DNA from: a virus | Virus record (IMG/VR): IMGVR_UViG_3300021185_003853 | Location: 50,313 to 114,312 of that record | Direction: 5' to 3' (one strand) | DNA length: 64,000 bases | Part shown: positions 21,601-30,190 of the stretch, piece after piece | Position numbering within the stretch: the stretch's first letter is position 1 | Layout: each line of letters opens with the position of its first letter | The notes under the pieces: generated by a model | What the model saw: the letters and a program-made list of their open reading frames with translations, nothing else | What the model was told of the DNA's origin: nothing | Databases searched by the model: none | Translations under genes and position numbers: made by a program

Positions 21601-22312
21601 AGTAAATCTTGGTGCTGTAGGGGGTGCTAGCAATAATGGAGCAAATCATACATTGACACGAAGTGCATATGTTGAAATGCGACCTGGCTCTGAAGGTGAC
21701 AATCCTCCTTCTGAGGGCGGATTCCAGTGGACAATACCATCTGCATCAGTACGCAGAATGAAAATTGCTGGTCAGCAATATACTGTTGATTACATGAAAA
21801 ATCCGAATAATACAATTTATCATACTTCTGGTGACCCTGATAACGATATACCACTCGGCACACCTTCAACCACCGTAGGTGATGCGGATCATGTTGGTTT
21901 AGGTTGGTCAGCATCAGTAACACAATATGTACTCAACGGCATCATTCAAAATGACCCGAGTGATCCTGCTATTTGGAGTGCGCAATATAACGACAACGGA
22001 AAAGATTATGCTAACTATACAGTTAAAGTTTCTGATTATAAATACTTAGCAGTAGGCCGTAAAGTTCGACCAACAGCAGCAGGCGCAACAGCACATGACA
22101 ACTTCAGTGCAGGTGACAATACTGTCGTTCCACCTCCTGCAGATTTTGGCGTCATTGAAAGCATTTCAGGGTCTGAAACATTAAAAGAAGTTGTAATAAA
22201 ATGGGAAAATGCAAATCCTGTTGTTAATGCAAGCCAAACAGCAGCGGTAGGATCAAGTGGAACATTAGAAGCAGAAAATAGTTTTGTAATCGCAACCGGA
22301 AGGATTAAATAA
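18641..22312 (+). CDS. Large virion/tailspike-like protein with probable beta-helix and two HG-L-x-TG module insertions
   Basis: MAIKFSQLP...DLFAV fibre-type start; NDTNAIQTGI and ISSNRFENF...IEGNIISNCGSG beta-helix-like repeats; follows a late promoter. Confidence 0.7.
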   Translation: MAIKFSQLPATTTLANNDLFAVTSTSENTSVSISFASLKNIMVDASTFTDNVNDVVSALNSYTAAGTSPALNAGTLGGFDSAHHLNWDNLTGVPTVLSNMKNVPLDLHDFDNSKDGGGFIKIVSDGITTSLAFDLVDQGVTQSTTAVTTDYVSEGTQNLYYTDDRVEEYFDSNFATFFNSYSTTFDQGEVTDSYYDTVGFAPSGTLSATGLGRVIRIRSQGQIPGMSADYVKRDQSGRFASYQPNKVVRLYGADLPSREDLTNQLNVTGETVGFTAVSDGNAGITPAFDSANVDVATNTITFTSPHGLVTGNDIVYNSGQGTALGNLTSGAAYYVIKISETVIQLADSYANSGAAGGSATPRTITTQGTGTTHTITPIVVNNPYQRFTYRVCEFDMNTGQVAPAATPVSINVSVPATTDPANVTTFLQEDRDALLKSFSVENFVKLNFTHVIELAVADGVSPNRGLAVYRSIAQVNTVDSTLQGVSKLVAVLGPKDLVNDSWIDYYTDDILDYSLKDQDDNSYIPENTVHFKPFSEGADSERGWVDATIESVQFEDEINESLSTFIDVTLKSSVKMNSGEVNGVWISHNDTNAIQTGILNNAGRGQKAVRLNPKNYVVSGITVPANFSVEGFSYNTKLTKLPWSGWNGSTTASSSKIITVQSETVGTRTVTNSSFVGFDIDGNAVNSIAFDDTTFKGKNSAIDCGQGSTGVLLDKIRMTSPIGGGIYAPDSKNLKVVSSEMVNSGVTDRHVFSPLVADGGENTSISSNRFENFSDSLDASVTNKGVIEGNIISNCGSGLLMYGSRFMITSPNVLTGPAGEFLPQPDSYNSEFDSINIDLTSASIGIPITDFNSGPFKYQENGEVYDLSTSPPTYKIFAIKKSSLGEESIWIEDLRPPESDAADKQTIVNVFNAGAGGAAINTGSDTIPLPDHDLVTGDPVVYNENDGTYTSLTDGTTYFVNVVGTGNDMIKLYDTQVNALAGGSGGRVNLGAVGGASNNGANHTLTRSAYVEMRPGSEGDNPPSEGGFQWTIPSASVRRMKIAGQQYTVDYMKNPNNTIYHTSGDPDNDIPLGTPSTTVGDADHVGLGWSASVTQYVLNGIIQNDPSDPAIWSAQYNDNGKDYANYTVKVSDYKYLAVGRKVRPTAAGATAHDNFSAGDNTVVPPPADFGVIESISGSETLKEVVIKWENANPVVNASQTAAVGSSGTLEAENSFVIATGRIK

Positions 22313-22318
22313 AAAAAT

Positions 22319-25300
22319 ATGTCTAGTTTAACGAATATTAATAATAACACAAGGGTAGTCAATGTAGGTAGAACAACCCCAGTTGCTCCAGGTCAACAAC
22401 CTGCATCAAAATCAATTCCTGTTGTTCTGGCTACTGATCAAACCGCTATTCCTGTTGTTGAGCAGAATAAAGTTCAATCAGAAGTTTCATTATCTTTGTT
22501 GGGTATTCCTCGATCAGAAGTTGCCTTAGGTATTTTTGCAGACGTTAATACTTACGATGTAAACCCATCAGAATGGTCATCGAGTCCTCAATACTACATT
22601 TCGGGTGATATTGGCGGTCATGGTATTAAACATTTGCCGACTGAAGCGGGTGCGCTTGTTGAAGCACCTCGTGATGAAAGTGCTGTACTGACTTCAAAGC
22701 GTTTCTTCAGATATCAACCAGGTCGTGTATCTGCGGCAACATTCGGCATCAAGTCATCTATTTCAACTGCTGATTACGCAAGAAATCCTGCTATTCGCAA
22801 ATATGGCATCTTTGATAACTTTGACGGATATTATTGGGAAACAAAACAGTCAGGTAAAGGTGATAACTTTAATGTTGTGCGTAGAACACAATCTTTAATG
22901 CACTTTCCACCTTCGCCGTTTGGTTTAACTAATGAGGTTTTACGTAAACCCAACCCTGCTGCAGACGATGAACCTATACCGTACAATCAAACAGATGATT
23001 ATCGCATCATCGGTAAGGAAGGAAAAGAATTAAAAACAGATGTACTTGAGCGTGATAGACAAGTATTAAGTGATAATATCCTTAGTATCGCTAAAAACGC
23101 ATTCAATAATCTATTAACTGCATCTGGTGGCACCAACGACTTCGCTGATTTTTATAATAACACTAATGGTAATGGTAATAATAGTGCCAACGAAGGCCTT
23201 GCCACTCCTTATGACAGATACGAATTTAAACAAAAGTGTCATCGTGACGTTCAATTTGCTCTTAAGATGATGTTGATGGATCTTGAATGGGGCGGTGATG
23301 CACATACAAGAATCAATACAAAAAATTATCAAACAGGACTTTTCAACTCGTATTTTCCAAATACCGCCACCGGCACTCCTGTACCTCCGGGGCAATTTGA
23401 ACTTGATTTGCATACTAATGCAAGAGCGATTGCTGTCGGTTTGCCGGGATTGACTTCACCGGGTGTAAGTAAGATCGGAGCATTATACGACTTTTTAGTT
23501 AAAGTTTCTGGAACAAACAATAAAGGATTCTTTAACAGAATAGTTGCTGGCGTATCGGCAACCAATGCGTATCCGCCAATCACAGGCACCAATGCTTCAT
23601 TAACAACGCTAAGCTATGGGTCAAAGAGTAAAGTTGATACGCTCATTGATACAAGAAAGCATTATTGGTCGTATTTTGTATCGTCATTTGTATTTGTGAA
23701 TAATGATCCCGATAACACTGCCACTAAACAAACATACAAATTTAATGCATTTGCAAATTATCTTCCTGAAGGTTACAATGCTTCGTTGATAGGTAAAGAA
23801 TTAAGTGGGTCAAATTATCCTTATGCATTGAACGAGTCAATAGACGGTGTTCCGCTTGCTGACGCTGCTGACGTTCTTGCTGTAAATGAATTTTACAGAA
23901 ACATAAAATATAAATGTGCTCGAGATCTCGAATACATTGTCAACGGGTATAAGGATGATATTGTTGGCGGCGGTAATGCTCAGACCCTTTACAACGCATC
24001 AATGTATTATAAAGCTGCGGGGTTATCAATCTTTACACAGGAAGACAGTGATATTCCTCGTGAAGTTGCGAAACATAATCATCTAAAACAATGGATACAA
24101 TCAGATTTTGAGGATTCAGATATTACAGGATTTGATTTACCTGTCACATCACCAGAAATTGTTAAGTTAAACTCTTTGTATGGCATCATAGATTCCAACT
24201 TCGTTAGAGAAACAAAAGAAGGTGTTGAGTTAGGTAGTCGTGGATTCGCAGGTAACCTGATTGCATTTAGAGACGGATTGTTGATGACACATGCAGCCGT
24301 CAATGACCCTAGCATGCTGAAAGACGCTAAACAAATAAGAACAACTGTTAAAGAACAATTTGATGATAGTCAACCTACATGCTTTAAGTTGGCAACAGGT
24401 AACGTGACTTTCGGGCAAAATGTTAAGGTTCTAACAACAGGAAATGAAACGCAAATTAGTGACGGAAACAACTTCACTTCAGATACAACAGGCAATGTTG
24501 TCGAAACTGTTGTTGCTGAATACGGAGGCATTTATAAGGTCAGTCGTGTTTACGGTCCTACAGGCAGTGAATTTACTCTACAGGATCAAGACGGAAATGA
24601 TATCTATGCTATGAGAGGTTCTGCTGATAGTGGCACTCTTATCACAGATACAATTGTTATTGAAACTGTTGTTGCGTTTATTGGCGATGTTGTATACAAT
24701 CCTGCTGAATATAGATTGGCAACTGGCATCCGTGCAGAAAGAACGATTCAATCGTATGACGGCACCGATGATACTATTCAATACACAGAAAATACAGACC
24801 CATTCCCGAAAGGTATGCAATGGCCGTATCGATATTCATCATCTGCGCAATTAGGTGATGCGACTGCTAAGTTTATTGGGCACATCGATACCTCTTTGAG
24901 TCCTAATGATGCTACTGAAATAGGTACAATTCGTCAACAATATGATGAAATTAATTTTACACCTGAATATATTAACTGGATTAAGAATAATGTTAAACCA
25001 GAATATTGGGGTGTTTACGAATATCGTGTGCCACGGTCAAGATTCAGTCATGACAAATTAGACGGCAAAACGTCTAAGAGAGTTTACAGCGATTTAGCAA
25101 CAGGTAATACTGGTATTGTTCGTCCGGGCATGGAAGTGCTAGACGAAGACGGCATCTGGACAGATGCTGTATCAGAATATGATTTTGACTTCACTAAAGT
25201 AACGATGCTTAAAATTGAGTTCTCGTGGTATGGTGCGGTAGGTGCATTGTTCCTTGCTTATGTTCCAATCGGTAACGGCGAAGCACGATGGGTAAGAGTA

Positions 25301-26593
25301 CATCACCTAAGAGCATCGAATCAGTTGAAGATCGCATCTCTTGGTAACGCAACACTACCAATCACATACAATGTATATGGCGGAGGATCGCCAGCAGCAT
25401 TTGGTGACGGAGAGGTTGCAACGCATACTTACGGAAGTTCACAGAGCCACCATATTGTAAAATACGGTGCTTCATACTACATCGATGGTGGTGACCGTGG
25501 CACTGTTCGTCTGTACAGCCATAATAATAATAGCCCCGTTGCTGCATATGGCAAGAAATGGGAAATGGGACAAGCAATCACCAGCGGCGTTCTTAATTTG
25601 AATGGGCAAACTCAAACATCGGGTGGCGAAGCATTGCCAATGCTAGCTGGCGGCAATAATGATTTGTCGTTACAATACTTTATGGGTGCAGAGTTAAAGA
25701 CTAACAGTGCTCTTGATGCAGGCATTAAAGTTGTTTGGGTCGATACTGCTACTGATAGATTGTATTTCTCAAGAAATCCTATAGGAACTGGTGTTACATT
25801 GATTCCTGATCGTGGTGAACTTGTTTACGGATTAGAGACAAAAGATTTCATTCTAAGCACTGTTGAAGGAAACCCTGTACGTAACAGAGTACAAGTGTAC
25901 CCAACAAAGTTATCAAGTGCAAATCTTAACTCTGGTCCTGTTCGATTAACTATGAAAAGAACTCCGATATTCCAGACCCTTACAACTATTGATTCAAGTT
26001 CAGCGCTCGCAATAGGATCAGATCCTTATATTGTAAGTGCTTCTAATGACCCATTGAACGTAGCAGAAACGAATACATATTTACAAAACGGCGAATCAAT
26101 TTACGGATGGTTCCAGGGAGTTATCGGCGCAATTGACGAAGAAACAATTTTCGGCAGATTGTATAAGAAAACAAATAGTTATTATTTTGAAGTTTTGCAA
26201 TCATTTGGTGATACAATCACGCTCAATGCTGATGGCAAATTTCTTCCTGATGTGAGGTATGTGAGAAACCCCTCAGGTGAAATTACCGGCCTTGTTGCCG
26301 ACACAGTAACAAAAACAGAAGTTCCTTTGCAGGATACATTGACATCAATTAAAGTGTTTGATAATCCTGTTACACCCATTCCGGGTACAGGTGCCAATGT
26401 CGCTACGCTATACTTAGCACAAAATGGAACAGAGCAGTTAGATCTCGATACGTATTTTGATTATAATAAAGAATATCTATCCTACCCACTAACAGATGAA
26501 GCGGAAACATTGTATTTTGTTGTTGATAAAGATACAGCAGCAGATGCTACCCCGAATGAAATAGCAATAGGATTGACATGGGAAGAACAATAG
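22319..26593 (+). CDS. Large virion structural protein with an insertion carrying two KCxRD helical repeats
   Basis: 1424 aa; shares FRYQPGRVS, KIExSWYGA, RWVRxH and YYIDGGD with the next gene; ends WEEQ. Confidence 0.75.
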   Translation: MSSLTNINNNTRVVNVGRTTPVAPGQQPASKSIPVVLATDQTAIPVVEQNKVQSEVSLSLLGIPRSEVALGIFADVNTYDVNPSEWSSSPQYYISGDIGGHGIKHLPTEAGALVEAPRDESAVLTSKRFFRYQPGRVSAATFGIKSSISTADYARNPAIRKYGIFDNFDGYYWETKQSGKGDNFNVVRRTQSLMHFPPSPFGLTNEVLRKPNPAADDEPIPYNQTDDYRIIGKEGKELKTDVLERDRQVLSDNILSIAKNAFNNLLTASGGTNDFADFYNNTNGNGNNSANEGLATPYDRYEFKQKCHRDVQFALKMMLMDLEWGGDAHTRINTKNYQTGLFNSYFPNTATGTPVPPGQFELDLHTNARAIAVGLPGLTSPGVSKIGALYDFLVKVSGTNNKGFFNRIVAGVSATNAYPPITGTNASLTTLSYGSKSKVDTLIDTRKHYWSYFVSSFVFVNNDPDNTATKQTYKFNAFANYLPEGYNASLIGKELSGSNYPYALNESIDGVPLADAADVLAVNEFYRNIKYKCARDLEYIVNGYKDDIVGGGNAQTLYNASMYYKAAGLSIFTQEDSDIPREVAKHNHLKQWIQSDFEDSDITGFDLPVTSPEIVKLNSLYGIIDSNFVRETKEGVELGSRGFAGNLIAFRDGLLMTHAAVNDPSMLKDAKQIRTTVKEQFDDSQPTCFKLATGNVTFGQNVKVLTTGNETQISDGNNFTSDTTGNVVETVVAEYGGIYKVSRVYGPTGSEFTLQDQDGNDIYAMRGSADSGTLITDTIVIETVVAFIGDVVYNPAEYRLATGIRAERTIQSYDGTDDTIQYTENTDPFPKGMQWPYRYSSSAQLGDATAKFIGHIDTSLSPNDATEIGTIRQQYDEINFTPEYINWIKNNVKPEYWGVYEYRVPRSRFSHDKLDGKTSKRVYSDLATGNTGIVRPGMEVLDEDGIWTDAVSEYDFDFTKVTMLKIEFSWYGAVGALFLAYVPIGNGEARWVRVHHLRASNQLKIASLGNATLPITYNVYGGGSPAAFGDGEVATHTYGSSQSHHIVKYGASYYIDGGDRGTVRLYSHNNNSPVAAYGKKWEMGQAITSGVLNLNGQTQTSGGEALPMLAGGNNDLSLQYFMGAELKTNSALDAGIKVVWVDTATDRLYFSRNPIGTGVTLIPDRGELVYGLETKDFILSTVEGNPVRNRVQVYPTKLSSANLNSGPVRLTMKRTPIFQTLTTIDSSSALAIGSDPYIVSASNDPLNVAETNTYLQNGESIYGWFQGVIGAIDEETIFGRLYKKTNSYYFEVLQSFGDTITLNADGKFLPDVRYVRNPSGEITGLVADTVTKTEVPLQDTLTSIKVFDNPVTPIPGTGANVATLYLAQNGTEQLDLDTYFDYNKEYLSYPLTDEAETLYFVVDKDTAADATPNEIAIGLTWEEQ

Positions 26594-29500
26594 ATGCCAA
26601 GACAGGTCAAAATTGGATTTGATAAGGTACCATCACCTCCAGTAAAAACGTATCATCAACTTACCGACATTTTCGGTACGCCGCTAGAAGATCTAGCAGG
26701 CAACCCTCTTGTTACAGAAGAAAATTCTGTAATATCTACCTTCGCACAGGCAAACAATTCATTATCGAGTTTTGTTGCTAATAAAGAATCGTCAGAAAGC
26801 ATTCCTATAGCAGAGAAATTTGGCACTGACTCAGAGGTAAGTACTACACTCCTAGGTGTGACTCGTGCCGAAGAACAGTTGAGTTTATTTGCCGATGTAT
26901 CGACATATGGATTAGATGCATCTAATTGGAATTATTATACTGTAGGTCAAGGCAATTATCCTGTGCAATGGTATAGTAGAAAACATCCCGTTTTCGGCAA
27001 ACGAGGTTTTGCGGCATTTAAAGAAGAGACAAATGAGCAGGCATTGTACCTGAAATCTTTTCCTACGCAATTTCGTTATCCTCGTCATCCGAGCAAATCA
27101 ACTGACACCTTCTCTCCGACAAGTGATTTCGGTAAATACATAAGATTTATTGCTTTAGGAAGATGGCTATTTGAAATATGGAAAGATGTAGATCCTGTAT
27201 TTGCTGAAAACAACTTCTTGACAGATTGCTTGACTATTATCAGCTCATCAAAACAGCATATCCCAATAACAAAGCAATCATGGAACATGACTCCTGCGGG
27301 CGGATTTGCGTCTGAAGCACAATTCCATAATATAGTATACACATCAGATTCAAATAATGGCGATGACGATATACAAATTGCGATGGATCAAATTGAAAAA
27401 TGGACTCTGTTCTATTTCAGAATAAGAAATGAAACAGACACATATCCAAAATATGTGATTAATAACGGAGATGGATCAACGACAACATATCCTGTATTCA
27501 ATCTTGAGGTGTTTACAAATAATCCTATCCCAAATGTAGGACAATACTTGTATATTCGTGACTATGTAAGCGCTGAAGTAACACGTCCAGGAGGATCTTC
27601 AATAAACTCTTCAATAGGAGTTTTAGAAAGTCGAAAAACATTTAGGTATCAACCTGGTCGTGTATCAGGATTCACATTCGGATTAAGGTTAAAGAATAAT
27701 CCGGGGTCATCGGCGGACAAAATTGAATGGGGTTGTGCAAACCAGACAGATCAATATATGTTCCAGATTTCAGGTACAAAATTTAATATTGTTCGCAGGT
27801 CAACTATTGCGATTCCTAATGATGTTGTTGAAGAAGAAGGCGGCATGAACCTTGTTCCTGCTTCAGATTTCCAGACGGATGAACCAGAAGTCCCGCCAAG
27901 TCGTGATAACTCAAAACCTATGTACACTCTCACAATTCCTCGTGACAAATGGAACGGAGATAGATTAGACGGAAGTGGTCCCTCAGGGCATATCATTAAT
28001 CCTGAAAATGTTACAATGTACAAAATTGAATATTCATGGTATGGTGCAATTGGCGCAAAATTCTATGCATATGTTCCGATAGGTGGTGATGAATGCAGAT
28101 GGGTACGTCTACACACATTTGTAATCGAAAACAAATTACCTAATCCTGTTTTAGAGAACGCTGATTTTAAATTCAGATATGTGCTTTATAATAACGTAAC
28201 CGAGAATTTAACTGAACCTACGTTCATTTACAAATATGGGTCGTCATATTATATCGATGGAGGTGATGAAGGAAGTATTACTCTAAATTCAGTCACATCA
28301 GGTACAAGAACATTTGTAAACCCTAATAATACTGGCGCAATTATGGCGCTTCACCCCAAAGATTTAATATTTAACTCTTCAACAGATACGATATATGGCG
28401 GAACGGCTAACAATAAAAAAATATATCCGTTGACACTATCTGTATTTTCAAGTGATAATGTGCGTATTGATGTGAGTAAGGTTAAAGTTAGTCCTGATGG
28501 TCAACACGGCACAAAGTCGGTTGATCTTATAGCAGGCACTGCGTTCGAAAAAGATATTAAATTTACGATAACTGATAGAAGCCTTATAAATTTAACTGGT
28601 GATAGCCCGTCTTCATTTGATGTGCTAGACACAAACGCAAAGATTATCGGAGACGGTCTTTATAACATTTATACCGGCACTCTTTTCAACGCATTAAATG
28701 AAGTAAACACGACAAAGGCTGAGATACTGAGAAGAGAACAATATCGATTAGGTGCTGACACAATAGGTGAAGCGGTAAGGCTTGTTGACGACACAAGTAT
28801 TAATATTAATCCCACTGTAGACACAACAGTTTTCAATGCTAAACTTACTTCATATAGGAGTATAGTTGCATCTGACACTCCTATTCGAACTAATAGATTT
28901 AAAATACACTTCTTGAATCCCACAAAACGTGACTCGAGATATTCTTATTTTCATTGGGCTGATTTCGCAATAGGTGTTACTGGTGAAGCGCCGACAACAA
29001 CTGTTGAGAATACTCAAGCCGGACAACAAGGATATCTAAAATTTGGTGCATATGATCGTGTTTATCACGATACTATTCCTGAATCAGATTATGATAATAA
29101 TTATTATTTTGATATTAATAAGCAATTAATGGTTGAATGGACGAATCAACATCATGTTAATTCATTAAGAGATGTTGCTGATCTGCGTGAAGTAGAAGGA
29201 GCCCATGGCACCCGTCTCGAGCAAGATTATCGTATTCGGGGCACTGATCTACCTATGAGCAGAAAATTGTCTACTGGAAGAGTTAGCACAAAAGGTGTGC
29301 TAGGATGTGTTAAAGGTGAAGTGAGGGTTATAGAGTACCCGATATCTTTAATTGATGATCAAAATGTTCCCGTAAATGCTGACTTGAGGGTCGTCTTCAG
29401 TACTGCCGCATTTCCTCCTGTAACACAAAATACACTAGGAATTGCTGAATTAGGATTTAATGAGACAGGGTCGGGATATGTATTCATGACTGCGCCTGCT

Positions 29501-30190
29501 GTGCAGATAATAGACGGCGCACAGGTGTATGTTGCATATATCAAAAAACTAAACGGTGCGGCATCAGTAGCCGATTTTGCATTAACAGGAAGTTCGACAA
29601 CTTATGATCAGTCAACTCATGTCACATCAATTCAAGCAAAAGTTATTACACTAGAAGATGATAATAAAATTTCGAGTTCTGATAACGCAAAAGATTTTGT
29701 AGTACAGGACGTATATAGATTTAATATTCAGCCTTTGTATTTGTTTGTTGCAATGAAGTCAAACGCTCGAATAAATAATATCATCGTTGAAGAAATTACA
29801 TCAACTGAAAGAACGTCACATGTACCTAACTTTATAGGTACTACTAATGATATAGGATTTGATGATACATCGAACATAACAATAGAAAAAGATGTGTTGA
29901 CATCACATACCTTGTCACCTTCAAATTTTGTTCCTAAAGATGGATTATCAGGAATAAAGTTTGATATTAACACAAGCAATCCTGTTGCAGACGAAAAAGA
30001 AAAATTATATTCATTTTATGTGGGGCAAAACGAAGCTGTGAAATTTGGATTACAAGAAATATTTGATATTGATCGTGCTTACTTGACGAGCGGATTATAT
30101 AACAATGAGGCATTATATTTCAATGCGGTTCCCGTAGGCGATAATACGTCTGCTGATGTTCAAATGACATTAACAGTTAAGGAGCAGTAA
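26594..30190 (+). CDS. Large virion structural protein, paralog of 22319-26593
   Basis: FADVSTYG, FRYQPGRVSGFTFG, KIEYSWYGAIGA and YKYGSSYYIDGGD; ends VKEQ. Confidence 0.75.
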   Translation: MPRQVKIGFDKVPSPPVKTYHQLTDIFGTPLEDLAGNPLVTEENSVISTFAQANNSLSSFVANKESSESIPIAEKFGTDSEVSTTLLGVTRAEEQLSLFADVSTYGLDASNWNYYTVGQGNYPVQWYSRKHPVFGKRGFAAFKEETNEQALYLKSFPTQFRYPRHPSKSTDTFSPTSDFGKYIRFIALGRWLFEIWKDVDPVFAENNFLTDCLTIISSSKQHIPITKQSWNMTPAGGFASEAQFHNIVYTSDSNNGDDDIQIAMDQIEKWTLFYFRIRNETDTYPKYVINNGDGSTTTYPVFNLEVFTNNPIPNVGQYLYIRDYVSAEVTRPGGSSINSSIGVLESRKTFRYQPGRVSGFTFGLRLKNNPGSSADKIEWGCANQTDQYMFQISGTKFNIVRRSTIAIPNDVVEEEGGMNLVPASDFQTDEPEVPPSRDNSKPMYTLTIPRDKWNGDRLDGSGPSGHIINPENVTMYKIEYSWYGAIGAKFYAYVPIGGDECRWVRLHTFVIENKLPNPVLENADFKFRYVLYNNVTENLTEPTFIYKYGSSYYIDGGDEGSITLNSVTSGTRTFVNPNNTGAIMALHPKDLIFNSSTDTIYGGTANNKKIYPLTLSVFSSDNVRIDVSKVKVSPDGQHGTKSVDLIAGTAFEKDIKFTITDRSLINLTGDSPSSFDVLDTNAKIIGDGLYNIYTGTLFNALNEVNTTKAEILRREQYRLGADTIGEAVRLVDDTSININPTVDTTVFNAKLTSYRSIVASDTPIRTNRFKIHFLNPTKRDSRYSYFHWADFAIGVTGEAPTTTVENTQAGQQGYLKFGAYDRVYHDTIPESDYDNNYYFDINKQLMVEWTNQHHVNSLRDVADLREVEGAHGTRLEQDYRIRGTDLPMSRKLSTGRVSTKGVLGCVKGEVRVIEYPISLIDDQNVPVNADLRVVFSTAAFPPVTQNTLGIAELGFNETGSGYVFMTAPAVQIIDGAQVYVAYIKKLNGAASVADFALTGSSTTYDQSTHVTSIQAKVITLEDDNKISSSDNAKDFVVQDVYRFNIQPLYLFVAMKSNARINNIIVEEITSTERTSHVPNFIGTTNDIGFDDTSNITIEKDVLTSHTLSPSNFVPKDGLSGIKFDINTSNPVADEKEKLYSFYVGQNEAVKFGLQEIFDIDRAYLTSGLYNNEALYFNAVPVGDNTSADVQMTLTVKEQ

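Noticed and set aside
26591-26596. In-frame TAG-ATG junction (also TAA-GTG at 48133-48138) as stop-codon recoding or readthrough
   Set aside because: The paralogs end at equivalent EQ residues, and TAG also ends gp8 and gp13 at their conserved C-termini, so the standard code with tight packing explains it.
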